NCBI RefSeq assembly: GCF_002113885.1
Contig: NW_018408821.1
Coordinates: 465,907-529,906, forward strand
Direction of reading: 5' to 3'
Source of the DNA: Mizuhopecten yessoensis
Taxonomy: Eukaryota
DNA: 64,000 bases
Part shown: in pieces, positions 48,831 to 63,310 of the stretch
Position numbering within the stretch: position 1 is the first letter of the stretch
Layout of the letters: the number at the start of each line of letters is the position of its first letter
Translations under genes and position numbers: made by a program
The notes under the pieces: model-generated
Seen by the model: only the letters and a program-made list of their open reading frames with translations
Database searches by the model: none
Told to the model about the DNA's origin: nothing

Positions 48831-48978
48831 AATTTTATACTGGCACCAGACAGCATATAGTACCCCAGACACACAATTTTATACTGGCACCAGACAGCAT
48901 TCAGTGCCCCAGACAAACAATTTTATCCTGACACCAGACAGTATACAGTGCTCCAGACAAACAATTTATACTGGCAGG
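48831..48978. repeat. 44-bp tandem repeat, three copies plus a partial
   Basis: AATTTTATACTGGCACCAGACAGCATATAGTACCCCAGACACAC-like units running into the first recognisable pseudogene exon. Confidence 0.85.
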
Positions 48979-51900
48979 ATTTATCAGATTTCTACGATTG
49001 ATGCGAGAATTAACGCTTTAGACATCATAGTTTACAGACCTGTTAGTATTACATATGATAACTACACTCAGTGGATATATTGGTCCAGTGATCGATCTAT
49101 GTTTCGTGCGACATCCGATGAAAGGGACGTAACTACAATATTCACCTCTTAAAGTAAGTTTTCTTGTGTAACCCGCTCAGAGATTATCATTTCATTTCAT
49201 GACACGCGTTTGGTTTTCCTTAATTCTTCCTTTGATGTTGGTATTTTTGTTCAGACATCACTTTAGGGATGGTAAAGACATGTTGACTTACTAAATGCTG
49301 TTTTAGCACTTGTTTCTTTCTGAGAAATATAACTAGCTTTTAACAATTATATTTGTTGGACTTGTGTTTTCAAGGAAATGAAGAAAGAATAGCTAAATAG
49401 TAGTCAACCTTTCACAATATTCAATGGGCGTGTAGATGTGAAAAGGTTTTGTATGCTTATTGGGATAACGTCTATGTAGTGCTGTATTGCATACTGGGAT
49501 TTTTTCGCCCAGTCAACTTTTCGTTCTTCGCCCTTGAAATCAATTTTCGCCCAGTGTTAATTTGCTCTTCTCATTTAATAGCTATGTTTAATATGATGCT
49601 GAATTATATTCGCTGTTATGATAATTTGCCCACATTACGGAGCGCAGAAAATGCGAAAATTAAACTGCAGCGAAATGTCCCCGCTATACAATATTAATAA
49701 TTAATTAGACACGGAAAGCGGAAAATTTGGGACTCATCCTTGCGCCCACCCAGTATCATAAATGTATATTAGGATATCTACCATCGATGAGCTTCCATCT
49801 TTATTATCTAAATGCAAAAAAGTTAAAACATTATTGTTCTTGTGTATTAACAATGTGGTATATTTTCCCTTAATTACTTTTATAAATACGATATTATATG
49901 CTCAACCTAAACAATGTTCGTTTATGTATTCAATTCTTAAGCGCCTATGACGATGTAGTTTGAGTCATCCATTAAATATGTTGTATGCTTCTCCACTCAT
50001 AACAAGAATAACTCAGACAAGAAATGTGAGTGATATAGCCACCCAAAGGGTGACATTATATGTATTTGACTGATTAAGCCACAATGTGGCTTCTATCAAA
50101 AACTTATAATTACTTTGAAAAACACATACATACAAAGAAGTTGCAAATATACCAAACATGGTAGCAACTACAATCCTAATATTGGGGTTGCCATAAAACG
50201 CCAACGCAACGCCATCCTGATCTAGCCTTATTAGTGGTAACATCACAAAAAAATGGCTGACCTATGAACAAAGGGACGCGACCCTCAGGTCACCTTGACC
50301 AGGGAGGGGCCAGCATCCTGATTTACGTCATCGGCAGCCAATCAATAACCTTCAATGTTTTCAGAAACTATTAAGGTGTCTTGTTCTTGTTCCATAATAT
50401 TGTAATATTAATGTTGCTAACTTTATAATAACCCTCACAAATTAAAAGCAGTTTAGATAAATATTTCAAACTTGGTATGGTCTTATGAGCATAATTTTAT
50501 TCATTTAAACAGCAGGAACAAACCCTCATACCCTAGCTGTTGATCACAGTACGGGAAACTTATTTCATGATGTTTCCGGAACTTCCGTTGTATCCTGGAG
50601 CATAGGTGTAATCCAACCTACCATAGGGAACTACAGAACGTCATCGTCAATCTGGGAGCTCTCCAATGTCTGGCTCTGTATCCATCTAAAGGGTATATCA
50701 TTATTTCTTACCTACGTTTTGGTTCAAATGTTAATTTTATAAACATTTCCATAATTTGAATCACTAATAGATTGTAGATTAAGATAATAGATAAATGATT
50801 TCTCATTTGTTAATTGGAAACTGTCTATATTTCTAGGATAAATTTGATATAATTACAAAAAACTAAATAATTTGGAAAGGTGTTAATTCATGCTCCTCGC
50901 ATTTCATCCATATCGTTTTACTAAAATCAAATACCTATCTAAACCAGTGGCATGAACGAGGTGGCTAATATACGCGCTCTGGTTCCTAGTATCTCGGGAT
51001 AGCTTCCGAGAGTTTCAAAGGTTATAAATTGTGGCATACAGGCATTAGTATATGAATTACAATTTTTAGCTATTCTTTGTTTCGATTTTCTTTTTATCTT
51101 GCATCATCAAAAAATGTTTGATTCATGGTAGCACTTTCCTGATACGTTTATTTCGTTTTTGCCGGATATGCTTTGCTATTTTATGTTTTTGTGAAATTTT
51201 GATTTGAAATGCCGTGTTTTATGGACACAAGAGAGACCAATCTGACTATCTATGGATGGTACTAATGCTCGAACCACAGTGAATATTGGCACAAACGAGA
51301 CGCCAGACGACATCACAATAGACAACATAAGTAAGTATTCTAATAAGATATTTTGTATGCTATAATTCTTATGTTATTTTCTTGAATATCTTCATTTTAA
51401 ATACTTTGTTTTAATTTAATTGAAACGTTTTCAATAAACATTTAAATATCATAATTACAGGAACATATAATTTTATCACACTGTGTTTTCAGGGTTTGTC
51501 GTGAAAAAAAAAATCTCATCGCGAGCACGTGGATAAAATCGAGAGGCCACCGAAGGTGGACTCGAGATATTAATATCTGCGTGCGAGGGGATGGTGATGG
51601 GGAATGGGAAAATCATTCTCAAATCCTTCTCAAGATGTTCTCAAGTCGTTCTCAACTTCTTCTCATACTGACAACCAATGATAATGCATTTATCATGCTA
51701 CCGTTAGGTGGTATAAAGTAGTATATAGATGATAATTTCATTTCCGTGATTATTTTAACGTAATTTCTGTTTCAACAATTTTTTGTCTTTTATCAAGATG
51801 ATCGAATCTACTGGACAGTTGACGATGGAATTGCATATAGAAACCTGGATGGTTCTCTGATGGCGTAAGTGATCAGCAACGGAAGTCATATAAAGTCTAT

Positions 51901-54900
51901 CCAAATAGAAAACATCTATTTGTACTACACAGCGTGCAATGTCTTGTAAGTAGTTGATAGTACCCTCCGGCGACATAGTTTATATGCAATAAAATCATAA
52001 GATCATAAAAGCCATTTTACAGATCGTGTCAAACAACAGCTCTCCCGTATTTAAATTACCTTAGCCGTTAATATGACGTTAAACAAAATTAAACCGAAAA
52101 TCAAACAGCTGTAAGTATTTGTAAATAAATATTGAGATGGATAGCGATATTAGCGATTTTATAAAACGTTCAACAACACATAAATCGTTTATTTAATATT
52201 CCATTGCATATATACTTATGTCCACGGTGTTGTCTATGGTGTACTAGCAATTTAAATCTTATTTCCATGTCGTATTTTCCCGAAAACTTATGGGTACATA
52301 TACACATGTACAATTGACTTTACTTCTTTAGCTTTTCATCTTTACTTTTCCTCGTAATGTAACATTATCAATATGAATAGCAACCAAACTATATGCACTC
52401 AAACATGAATTGCTTCTAGATGAAACGTTTCCTTTTTGCCTAAACAACTTATTAGCTGTTTTTTTCTTATTAAGGTGGTTGCGTTCTACATTGAAGAAAG
52501 TTTAATTTTTGTCATAATGATTTGATGCCAAGTTATGAGATTTAAATGTCTACCATAATTAATAAAAAAAGTTGTACTCTACGTGGACCTTCTCTTTTTT
52601 TGGACTCGCCTTCATGATTTCAAATGTTATGTATCGTAAGCTTATCATTTCGGGGAATCTGGCTACTTATCCTTTTGTTTGTTAGATTTCATGATGTCTT
52701 TGCAGTTCGATTTTTTGCTTGTTTTTTTAAAACTGTCTTTATTTTGTTTATGTAATTCTATATATGCATATATTCATAATTTTCAGCAAATTTGAAAAGT
52801 TTGACCTGTAAAGATCTTCATATGAAAACTTTATGAATGAAAATGCGGAGCTTGGGATCATTTATAATATATCAATTGTTCCTCGACAAAACCAACCAGG
52901 TGACCTCCACATTTGAGTTCCTTTTGAATATTGAAACAAAACCGGATACGCTTGTAAATACGCCGTAGCCTAATTTATTTCTTAAAGATATTAATTAAAC
53001 GATTCCGTTATGAAGTTATGTTATGAACATGTCTTTCGATCTTTTTGGTTTAAGGTTTATGACCCTGATGTTATTTTTTTCTCTTAGATAATTAATAATA
53101 TAGAAATCTAAATCTGGATGGTTGTCTTCTGTTACCAATTCGTTCCATAACAGAGTATTTTTACTTGGTTATTAGTGCAGACTACATGCCATACGAATAA
53201 TGGAGGATGCAGCACATTTTGTTTGCCGAATGAGATTACTTCGGAGCACGATTGTCAATGCGAGAGGGGAACCAATATTAAATCAACTGACCTTTTCACG
53301 TGCGAAGTAGGTGACACACTATAGCTGCATAGTAAGGCAGGGAATCTGCATTCGATATTCAACATCCATGTTTTGTAATGCGTACTTATGTGGTAGAATA
53401 TGTTGAAAGTTTGGGTGTTACCTATATACAAAATCGATGAATGCAGGTAATTAAAAGGTAAACAAACATATGAATGTAAACACGTACGCATAAGTATGCA
53501 CATACAAGTACTTCTGCACTGGACCAGGTAACATTTGTAGCATGTTTTGATTGTGTGTCGAGTAATTTCAACATAGAAAGCTAAAATAAGAGCATATTTC
53601 TTAACTATTGAACATAGACTACAAATGGCAAATGTGAAGCACGTCTTTGATCAAAGCCTAAACATAAAAACGCAAAAATTAATACAAATGTTAAAATATT
53701 AATAGGTGATTATATTACTGATGATAAAACTAACACATCATTATTGAAAATAAAACCAACATGATTGGGAAATATTTTTTACATATTTGCTTTACTACAA
53801 AGTAAGTCAAAGAGGATATATGCATAGATGAACATTATCAAAAATCGTAAGAGTGATTACATTGTTATCAAAACCGACAAGTTTCAGAATAAACACAAGT
53901 GGATCAATATTTTTTATCTATATTGATATCTCTCTATTGTTTTTTGTATATCTGTATTGATATCTCTCTATTGTTTTTTCAGTTGTCCGATGCCAATTAA
54001 CTCTTCCAAATGAACATGTAGGCGTCACTTGCAGCCATTATGTGTCCAACGTGTGAACGTACGAATGTGACGTTGGAAATACAAGTACTCGTACTACACA
54101 AGCAAGCACAGTGGAGTGTCAACAGGATGGCCGATGGAATGACGATTCTCAAACATTTTGTAACTGTAAGCTTATACAAATAAACTGTGACATACCTCAC
54201 TTATTCACATTTAAAAACGTTGCAAAACAATATTGTTATAATAAGGAAATGTTCCGTGAACTTATCCGCGTGTTTTATCAGACACTACTTGTTCTATGTT
54301 TTTGAAGTCTCACAATGACGCTCAATAGGATTTTATTTGTTTAAGTTATATTCACGCTTTTAACAGGACCAACAAACAAGGTAGTGTTCTCAGTGGACAA
54401 TATATTCATATACTTTGGCTTTATGCTGATTAACCTTATCATAAGTAATAACTTTAATTCTTTTGAAGTAGTAACTGAATCTCAGTAGGTGCCAAAAACT
54501 ATATTGAATCATGTAATATGCATTATTATTGTCAAGGTAACTGATTTACAGCTATTCTGTGTACTTCGGTTTTGCTAAATGGATAAATTAACGAGACATG
54601 TTGAATCCGTGTTTCCGACGTTTGCACGTTCAAGTGTAACACAGGATATGGTAGTACCGTTCAGTTCAACACACTGACGCGTCAACTAAATGAAAATTGG
54701 AATGTTGAACCTATGTCTGCATGTGAGAAAAAAACGCCCTCCCTCAAGTGGTCTTTTAGAGAATTTAAAAAGAAAAGAGTTTGTACATTGATTTATATGG
54801 TGATAGAACATTTACAAATTCGCAAAATGATGCATCTTTCTAATCTAGAGTTTACCTATGTTATTTTTTCTTGAAACGTGCTTTTATGTGAATTGAATAC

Positions 54901-56205
54901 CAGTTGAAAAACTATAAATATTAAGTAAGCAACTCAGCGAATGTTTGAGAGTTTTGTTCTTGATTATTTATCAAATGTTTGTCATCGATCAAGTCATGTC
55001 AATTCGAAGTGTACCATGAATGCAAGTAATACATTTTTTTTAGATATTTAATTCATCTTGTTCTCTGATTTCCCAACTTAAATTTCGGCTATTAACGATT
55101 AAGGCACTGTTTCGAAAGACATTAAGGGCGTGTATTTTTACACAAAAACAAATAAATTTATTTTAACCTTGGTGTAAGCCTGTATTTTAAGTTAAGATCA
55201 AGTCGAAGATAGGTGATATTTGTACAATATTCGTCTGTAGTAATATTTCGTCTATTTATCTGCTGACCTTTACCAAATGGCACGTTAAATTAAATATAAA
55301 TGTATATATATTAAGAAGACATATGAAAAAAATTATATCTCAAAAAAATGTTTTGTTCATTTATAATCACCCAAGTTTAATACACGTTTGATTACATGAG
55401 TCCTGATGTATCATCATTGCATTGGTAATTTTATAAAAATATTACATACATTTTTTTACATTATTTACTAAAAAACCCCCAAAAAACACCTTTGAATGCA
55501 TGGGTTATTGGTTTGTGTTTGATTTACTGTCTTTTCTCATACTTAGTAGAAGATGAATAGCAACAAGCTCAAGTACTTAACATCGTCATTGCAGAGGCCA
55601 TTGGTTTGACCGTCGTCTTTGTTATAATGATTGTTATTTGTCTTTACAAATGCGTTCGTAGCCAGAAAATAAGAAAATATCATTGCTTTCAACCTTCTTA
55701 TAATTGCATTTTGTCATGTGAGTATCAAAGATATTTAAATTGATTTATAAAATCAAGCATATTCATTACCTGAAAATTAGACATAAAAAGAAATAACTCT
55801 TGATCACGCTTTAAAGCGATTGGGATAAAAAGATTAAAACGTTGAAACTATTTGTTGTTTTTGTAGGAAAAAGGACACAAACCAAACGTATGAAGGTTTG
55901 AAAAAGGCACAGAAGATCAATCCAACGCTATGTATGATAATGTATGACCTGTCAACGAAACTCAGACGAATCCTAAAACGCACATTTCATCTCGACCGGA
56001 ACCTAACGTACCCACCGGGGATCACGAATATATATCGATCATAAGTGGTCCGGGTCGGCCACCAAGAGATGCTTCCTGTCCATCACCACAGCGAGTCAAT
56101 AACCCAAGAGTCCAAACGCAATCGGGCATATTCACTACTAGAAACGATGGCCATTTTTTCGCATTTACAAAAAACGAAATAAAAACAAATGTAGTACACC
56201 TTTGA
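48970..56205 (+). pseudogene. Unprocessed pseudogene of an LRP-like type-I membrane receptor (YWTD propeller, EGF, 2 Sushi/CCP, TM, Tyr-motif tail)
   Basis: Exon remnants: ~48970-49153 (WIYWSS, TAA at 49150); 50516-50692 (LAVDHSTGNLF...ALYPSKG, frameshift); ~51230-51330 (MDGTN..PDDITID); 51798-51945 (DRIYWTVDDG..NLDGS, disrupted); 52787-52899 (stop); 53176-53310 (EGF CHTNNGGCSTFCLP..CQC..C); 53983-54165 (Sushi, Cys position now TGA at 54054); 54552-54722 (Sushi, 2 stops); 55547-55717 (TM, stop); 55867-56205 (YEGL, YDNV, YISI; frameshift and stop). Confidence 0.78.
49482..49694. mobile_element. Short MITE (TA-type); related degenerate copies at ~48300-48497 and ~6245-6450
   Basis: Imperfect TIRs TGTAT..GGGATTTTTTCGCC / GCGAAATGTCCCCGCTATACA with internal TTTCGCCC and GCGAAA repeats. 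Confidence 0.5.
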
Positions 56206-56441
56206 ATGACCATCAGATTCCTTCTGGAAATGGAAACAACTACCAAATGAAAGAAATGAAATCATCCACAGAACTAACGGATTCGAAAAGTGCATATTAT
56301 ATATAGTATACCTAGTAATGTTTCTAGTGCAACTTATGATTATTGTGTTAATCCTGTGCAATCTTGATCGGTTGATTGATACGTCCGTCTTCTGAAGTTT
56401 TGTTCTTCTAATGACATCTGCAGTAGTCATGGTTACCAGGC

Positions 56442-59400
56442 TGTTATGCTTGAAGTTATGTTGATGTTGTCCATCACGATTATTAGTATGACTGCTATCC
56501 AGAATGTACTCTGCGGTTAATATTACAACTGTATTTATGTGTACTGCACATGCTCATATGTATATAAGGTACCGCCATGATGGAATGAACATGTGCCTGT
56601 CTGCAACTCTGATAATGATGTCAGTGTACTGTTGTTCCCGAAAGCACCGGACACTACAGTGGTGACGAGGATAAAGATGACAAGATCATCGGTAGAAAGG
56701 TCTGAAATTAGTTAAAACGGCGACCTTAGCCAAAGAACTTTTCCGTACGTTAGGCATCGAACATGGCGGTATACGGGAAAATTGAGTATTTTGACTTTGA
56801 AATGAACTGGAATGTATACGCAGAAAGACTTTAGGAGTATTTTGTAGCTAACGGGGTAGATGAGGAAGCTAAACAACGCTCGAAATTGCTTACAGTGGTG
56901 GGTCAGAAAATGTATGGACTCATTCGAAATATCACGTCCCCCCGACAAGCCCTCCACTAAGTCCTACGCTGACTTGAAAACACTCATAGGTCGACATTTA
57001 AAGACGAAACCTCTTATTATAGCGGATCGCTTTGAATTTTACCAGCGAAACCAAAGGCCTAATGAAAACATCTGTCAATATGTGGCTGAATTAAGACAAT
57101 TAAGTGAACATTGTGAGTTTGGTGGTTTCCTTGACGACGCGTTGAGGGACCGGTTTGTGTCAGGTTTTTCATCTGTTCCTACACAACGTTAACTTCTCAC
57201 AGAGGCTACGCTAACCATGATGAAGCTAGAGAGATAGCTATGAGTATGGAAATGGCTGATAATGAGGCCCGGAATTTGAATGGTGACAGTATAGACAAGC
57301 CGGAAAATGTAAACAAATTCCATTCATCGAAGGAATGTTTTCGCTGCGGTAAAACAAATCACAATGCTGACAAGTGCTTCTACAAAAACAATAAGTACCA
57401 CACGTGTAAAGAAACGGGCCATTTTCACAAGAAGTGTCCTAAAGGCAAACCTAAGGACAGATCTACGAATAGTAAATTTCAAGTTGGTAATAACCCTTTG
57501 AATAACCAGAAAACAGGAAAGAAAGGAAAAAAGAGCTCAAAACTGCATTTCATGGAGGATTCAGAATCTGAGGAGGAAAACACTTCTGTATGGCCAATTT
57601 TCTCAATCAAAAGTAAAGGACGGAGGGAAATAAAAGTTTCGTGGAATTAGACACAGGCTTCCCAGTCTCTTTGCTATCGGCAAAGGAATACAATGCTCAC
57701 TATAAGAAGAAAGTAAAGCTACGAGACAGTTTCACTATGTTAAAGACTCATACTGGGGAGCACTTACCAATGTTGGTCGAGGCTGATGTATATGTGTCAT
57801 ATGAAGGACAGATCAGACTGTTAACATTGCTTGTAGTCAAAGGTGATGGACCTGCCCTATTTGGTAGAAATTGGTTGGGACGGTTACAGCTAAATTGGAA
57901 AGCTATCAACCTGATCTCTATTAATACCCAGAAATATTCTGTGTTTGAGGAAAAATTGGGCACAGTTAAGGGGATCACAGCGTCCATTAAACTTAAGGAT
58001 AATGCCCAACCGAAGTTCTTAAAGGCCAGAACTGTAACATACGCCCTCAAGGATCAAATTGCTAGAGAACTTGAACGCTTAGAGGCAGCAGGCATAGTGG
58101 AAAAGGTGGATAGTTCAGATTGGGCGACCCCAATTGTTCCTGTCATGAAACCTAATGGCTCAATTAGAATCTGCGGTGATTTAAAGATTACCATTAATCC
58201 TGTACTAGACGTACCTGAGTACCCTCTTCCCACCAGTGAGGAATTGTTCACTTAACTCAATGGAGGACAACAGTTTTCTAAACTAGATTTAACCCAAGCT
58301 TACAATCAGGTTCTTCTGGACAAGGAGTCTCGTGAGTATGTAACTATCAATACCCACATGGGTTTGTACAGGTACACCAGGCTTCCTTTTGGTGTAGCCT
58401 CAGCACCAGCTATTTTCGTGAGAACTATTGAAACTGTGTTATAGGGCTTGGACGAAGTTGGGGCTATTCTGGATGATGTTCTGATAACAGGAAAAGATGA
58501 TGCTGACCATCAGCGTAATTTGGATGCCACACTCCCGCGTTCGGATGACTATGGGATAAAGCTAAAGAAATCCAAGTGTTATTTCATGAGAGTGAAAGTA
58601 GAATATTTTGCCTTTGTTGAAAACAAGGACGGAATTTATCCCTAACCATGTAAAGTCGAGGCTATTGTAGGATTAAAAGATCCTCAGAACAAGGAGGAAG
58701 TGCAGTCGTGGTTAGGTATTGTGAACTACTACAGGAAGTTCATTCCCGACATGTCTACTGTGGTACAGCCTCTTAACGCCTTATTGGCCGACAAAGTTGA
58801 TTGGAATTGGACGACAGCTTTTCATGAAGCATGTGAAACGGTCAAGCAGTTATTGATGTCTTCAGAAGTTCTCGTTCATTATGACCCAGACAAACCTGTA
58901 ACCTTGGCAGTCGACGCATCCTCATATGGCCTAGGCGCAGTAATCTCTCGCACTGTCGACGGTGATGATCGACCGATAGCATACGCATCACGAACACTGA
59001 ATTTCGCTGAACGGATTTATTCTCAAATTGAAAAGGAAGCTTTGGCAATCTTATACGGTGTATGCAAGTTCCACCAATACATTTATGAACCCAAATTTAC
59101 TGACTGACCATAAACCTCTCACAATGATCTTAGGTCCAAAGAAGGGAATTCCTGTTCTAGCAACTTCTCGATTACAACGCTGGGCTATACAGTTGTCATC
59201 CTACCAGTTCGACATCAAGTATAGATCGACAACTCAAAATGGAAACGCTGATACTTTATTACGATTTCCAGTTGATACTAGAGACTACACCGAAGTGGAT
59301 GAGGAAGCAACAAAGGTGAACAAACTGCAGTTGAGCAAACTACCATTAACAGCAACGCAGATAGCTAAGACAACCACAAGTGATGTTGTGTTGTCTAGAG

Positions 59401-61063
59401 TAATGCATTTTGTCACCAGTGGTTGGCCACATGAAAAACCAGATAACACATTTCTTCCGTTTTATCGTGTTCGGGACGAGTTGACCGTGGAGGAAGGATG
59501 TCTCTTGAGAGGAATTCGAGTTATTGTTCCTGAGAGGTAACGTGAGGAGATCTTGAACGAGTTACAACTTGGATACAAACATAGAAACTAGGGTGGCAAG
59601 GTGTGAAAGTTGTCGGAAACAACTGCCAAACATGCCACAGTCGCGATCGAATCCCTGGTTATGGCCATGGGAACGTGTTCATATTGACTATGCAGGACCG
59701 TTCCTGAATGAAATGTTCCTAGTCGTAGTGGATGCCCATTCAAAATGGTTGGATGTGGTGAGAATGTGTTCGACAAGTGCAGAGGGTACTATTAATGCTC
59801 TTCGATACATGTTTTCTGCATACAGTTTGCCAAAAGAGGTGGTATCGAACAACGGACCTCAGTTCATCGCATTAAAATTCGAAACATTCCTCAAAAACAA
59901 TGGTGTCCGACATGTCAAATCAGCACCATATCACCCAAGTTCTAACGGCGAAGATGAACGCGCAGTTCGAACCTTCAAGACTGGCATGAGAAACATGTAA
60001 AATGAGGGAGGTTCATTAAACCAGAAGTTGGCTTCATTTCTGTTGTCATACAGGACAACACCGCATACTCTAACAAAAGTAACGCCAGCGGAGTTGTTCA
60101 TGGGACGGAAATACTTGGATGTTATGAAACCGAGTTTGGAACAGTCAGTTCAAAGGCGTAATCAAGTGCGCACGAAGAAATGTCGCGAGCTTGAAGTTGG
60201 AGATTTGGCAATAGTATGCGATTATCGTGGTCAGAGTCGTAAACCATTATGGGTTCCAGGACTTATTTTGCGAAAACTTGGACCAGTCACTTATACTGTT
60301 CAAGTTGGTGATCTCCAGTGAAAAAGACATGTCGACCAAATTCGTGGATGTCACTCTGATTGTGATATCCTAGACAGTGAATCTGAGACAGGATTGGACG
60401 AGTCGTGCATTACTAGTGATACCTTTCTCGCGCCCCAATATCCCATGGGTGATATTATAGAGCCTGCATCAGCGATTCCACACCAGGAAAATGTGCCAAA
60501 AAATCCAAAAACAGTGTCTTCTCCGAAACGCTCCATTAGTAACGCGAATCGAGTAAAGACATCAGCAGAGACAAGACCTGATCCTGGTTATACTCAATCG
60601 CACAATGTACCTAGGGAAGCAGAACCGCGCTATCCACGTCGCGAACACTCCAAACCAAACTGTCTGCTTGAGACCATGTGACATTTCAAAAATGAACTGG
60701 AACTGTAATTGTGTTAGTTAAGTTTCTACTTTAAAGTTCTGTTTGTGTTTTGAATTACAGACTTATTATTATGAACTGTGCTAACTGTATTAAAATCATT
60801 GAGATTAAGCTGAAGTGAAATAACATTTAACGGCTAATAGTTACTGGTAGTAATTATATTTTTCCAAAGGGGGAAAAGTGTTATGTTTGTAGTTATGTTG
60901 ATGTTGTCCGTCACGGTTATTAGTATGACTGCGGTTATAATCACAACTGTATATATGTGTACTGCGCATGCTCATATGTATGTACGCTACCGCCATAATG
61001 GGATAAATATGTGCCTGTCTGCAACTCTGATAATGATGTCAGTGTACTGTTGTTCCCGACAAC
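56442..61063 (+). mobile_element. Ty3/Gypsy LTR retrotransposon (Mag-like), full length but inactivated
   Basis: 5' LTR 56442-56658 (TGTTATG...CTACA), PBS TGGTGACGAGGAT (tRNA-Ser-like) at 56660, gag with CCHC knuckle (CFRCGKTNHNADKC), protease LDTG, RT WATPIVPV..RICGD and LDDVL, RNase H DASSYGLGAV and YSQIEKEALAI, integrase PWERVHIDYAGP/NGPQF/SNG, PPT AAAGGGGGAAAAG 60866-60878, 3' LTR 60879-~61063. Possible TSD CAGGC/CTGGC. Many stops and frameshifts. Confidence 0.95.
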
Positions 61064-63310
61064 CTGGCAAAGACATTCAGAATATATGCAATGCATGTGG
61101 TTTAAATATTTAACTTTCTTTTAAAAACTATATTTGATAACATAACACCAATTAAAACATCAAATTTTATAACTAAATCAACATTGAACTTTATCTTTTT
61201 TTTACCAAACATTGTTTTATTGTAATGTATTTCACCTCCTGTGTCGTAATAATCTTAAGCTATCTATTTATTTATTAAATATCCGTGATTTGTGATGAAG
61301 TATTGTTTATAACACAGAAGGTTGATTCTATAGAATTACACATTTCATAATAAGTTCACTATTCAACTTACTCTACCATTACGACTCATGTATCGTTACT
61401 CGGTTTTCTTTATTAACTTTATCATGTATCCTTTCAAATAATATTGCATTTATCATTGTGAGGTATTATATATTTGAAAATGGCTTTATTTATTTGTGTC
61501 TTTGTGAAATATTCCATGGAAAGTATATTAATTTCAATGCATCTGCATCTCTAGTATTGTTTGCTATAAAATAGGAATTTTAAATGTTTTACAACAATTA
61601 TAATACAAACTCCAATTTATACAACTTACTGATGTTGTAAGCGCGCAGGTGTTACCTTTTCACGTCTGATGGGGGAATCAAACCATGGCCATTGCAGTGA
61701 AATGATTACATTTTTGTAAATCTGTATTCACATATTAATGACTTTGCGAAAAAAAAAATCTTTGCAAAAGGTATGAAACATTTGCTCTTTTCGCTTTGAC
61801 AAAATAGCAGCGACAACCCAAGTTGCAAACAGTATTCCCATATCATCTATTTTGATATGTTCAAAATGTTATAAATAAAAAATATAAAAGATGTGCACAA
61901 TGCACAATGCACATCTTTTACATTTTTTATCACTTTTACAAATAAAACTATATTCAATTCCTCTGGTTTGTTTATATTTTTTATCATATACCTGGTTAAT
62001 CTTACAAATAGTGATGCAGCTTGTTTTCAGACACCACATGCTTCCATATTTTACATTGATAATCCAAGATGTTGGAATGACCTTGCAGCAATATTTTTTG
62101 TTCGCACTAAACTAATGGGTTATGATATACACGCATACAGTGTAATCGACAATAAACAAGAGTTGGTTACGAATATTTTAGTAGTATTTTCCTGTCAAAT
62201 AAAATGACGTCATCATACCGGTTACACTTTCCGAAAGCAAATCAGTTTATAGTATTATCAAGAATATGAATCGTAGATTACAGCGTTTGTATCAAAGAAA
62301 AACAACATAAGCAGTTTTTTTTATAAATGAAATAAAAAACACGATTATCGGATTTTTCTCTCTTTTTTTCACAAAAATAAAAATCATATTTGCGGTATTG
62401 CTAACATAATCCCAAACAGTATATTACAAAAATATCAATCCTTATTTTCTATGTAAATAGCAGTGAATTAAATATGTCTTTAGGCGGTTTTGTTCTTATT
62501 ATTGAGAAATTGTTTTTTTATAGTTTGATTATTTGATTATTACAGTTTTAGAATCTGGTTTAGTTGTTAAAATTCAACCTTTGTTTAGCTCCGAATTGAC
62601 AAGAAATTTTATTATTTCAATTGCTCCGATTACAGGGAAATATTCAAGAAACACATCATATATACATGAATCATTAGCAAGTAATATCTTATGTCATATG
62701 GTATATATGCATGGTTTACATAATTTTAGCTATGTTCAAATATTACATAGACGAGGAAACCCAGTAAGCAATCTAGACAATAAAAATTGAAATCATATTT
62801 CAATTTCAATTTTAATTATTATTATTACTTGTTAATCGTTTAAATACACCGCTAATTTTAATGTTCGATTCACAATACAAATTGTTCAATTTACCGGGAT
62901 TGTAATGGTTATGGATAAGATGATTGAGTCCTGAATAAACGATTCAATTAAACAAAATTAAATCTGTTTTATTCTTGCGAATTCTAACAAAATATAGAGA
63001 AGAAGTAGAAAAGAAACATGATAAAAACCCAAAGAGCGAGGTTAATCTTATGTGTGGTACATTTGTATTTGTACAATTTAAATCATGTGTTGAGAGTATA
63101 ACTGATTAAGTGTCCTTTATACAGAATCGTCACGAAACCAGAACGACATAGAAAGCAGTTTGAATTCACACGGATGCTCTTTTAATGTGCCAGATATACC
63201 TAACGATTCTGCTGGAAACAGGTAACAACGTCAATCAGATAACAACAAGACATAAATATTAACAAAATAATAAACAAATATCACAGTGCTTATACGCTTA
63301 GCAAATGTAT

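Noticed and set aside
54054-54056. TGA at a Cys position as possible selenocysteine
   Set aside because: The same gene has TAA/TAG stops and frameshifts, and no SECIS was recognised, so ordinary decay is the simpler explanation.
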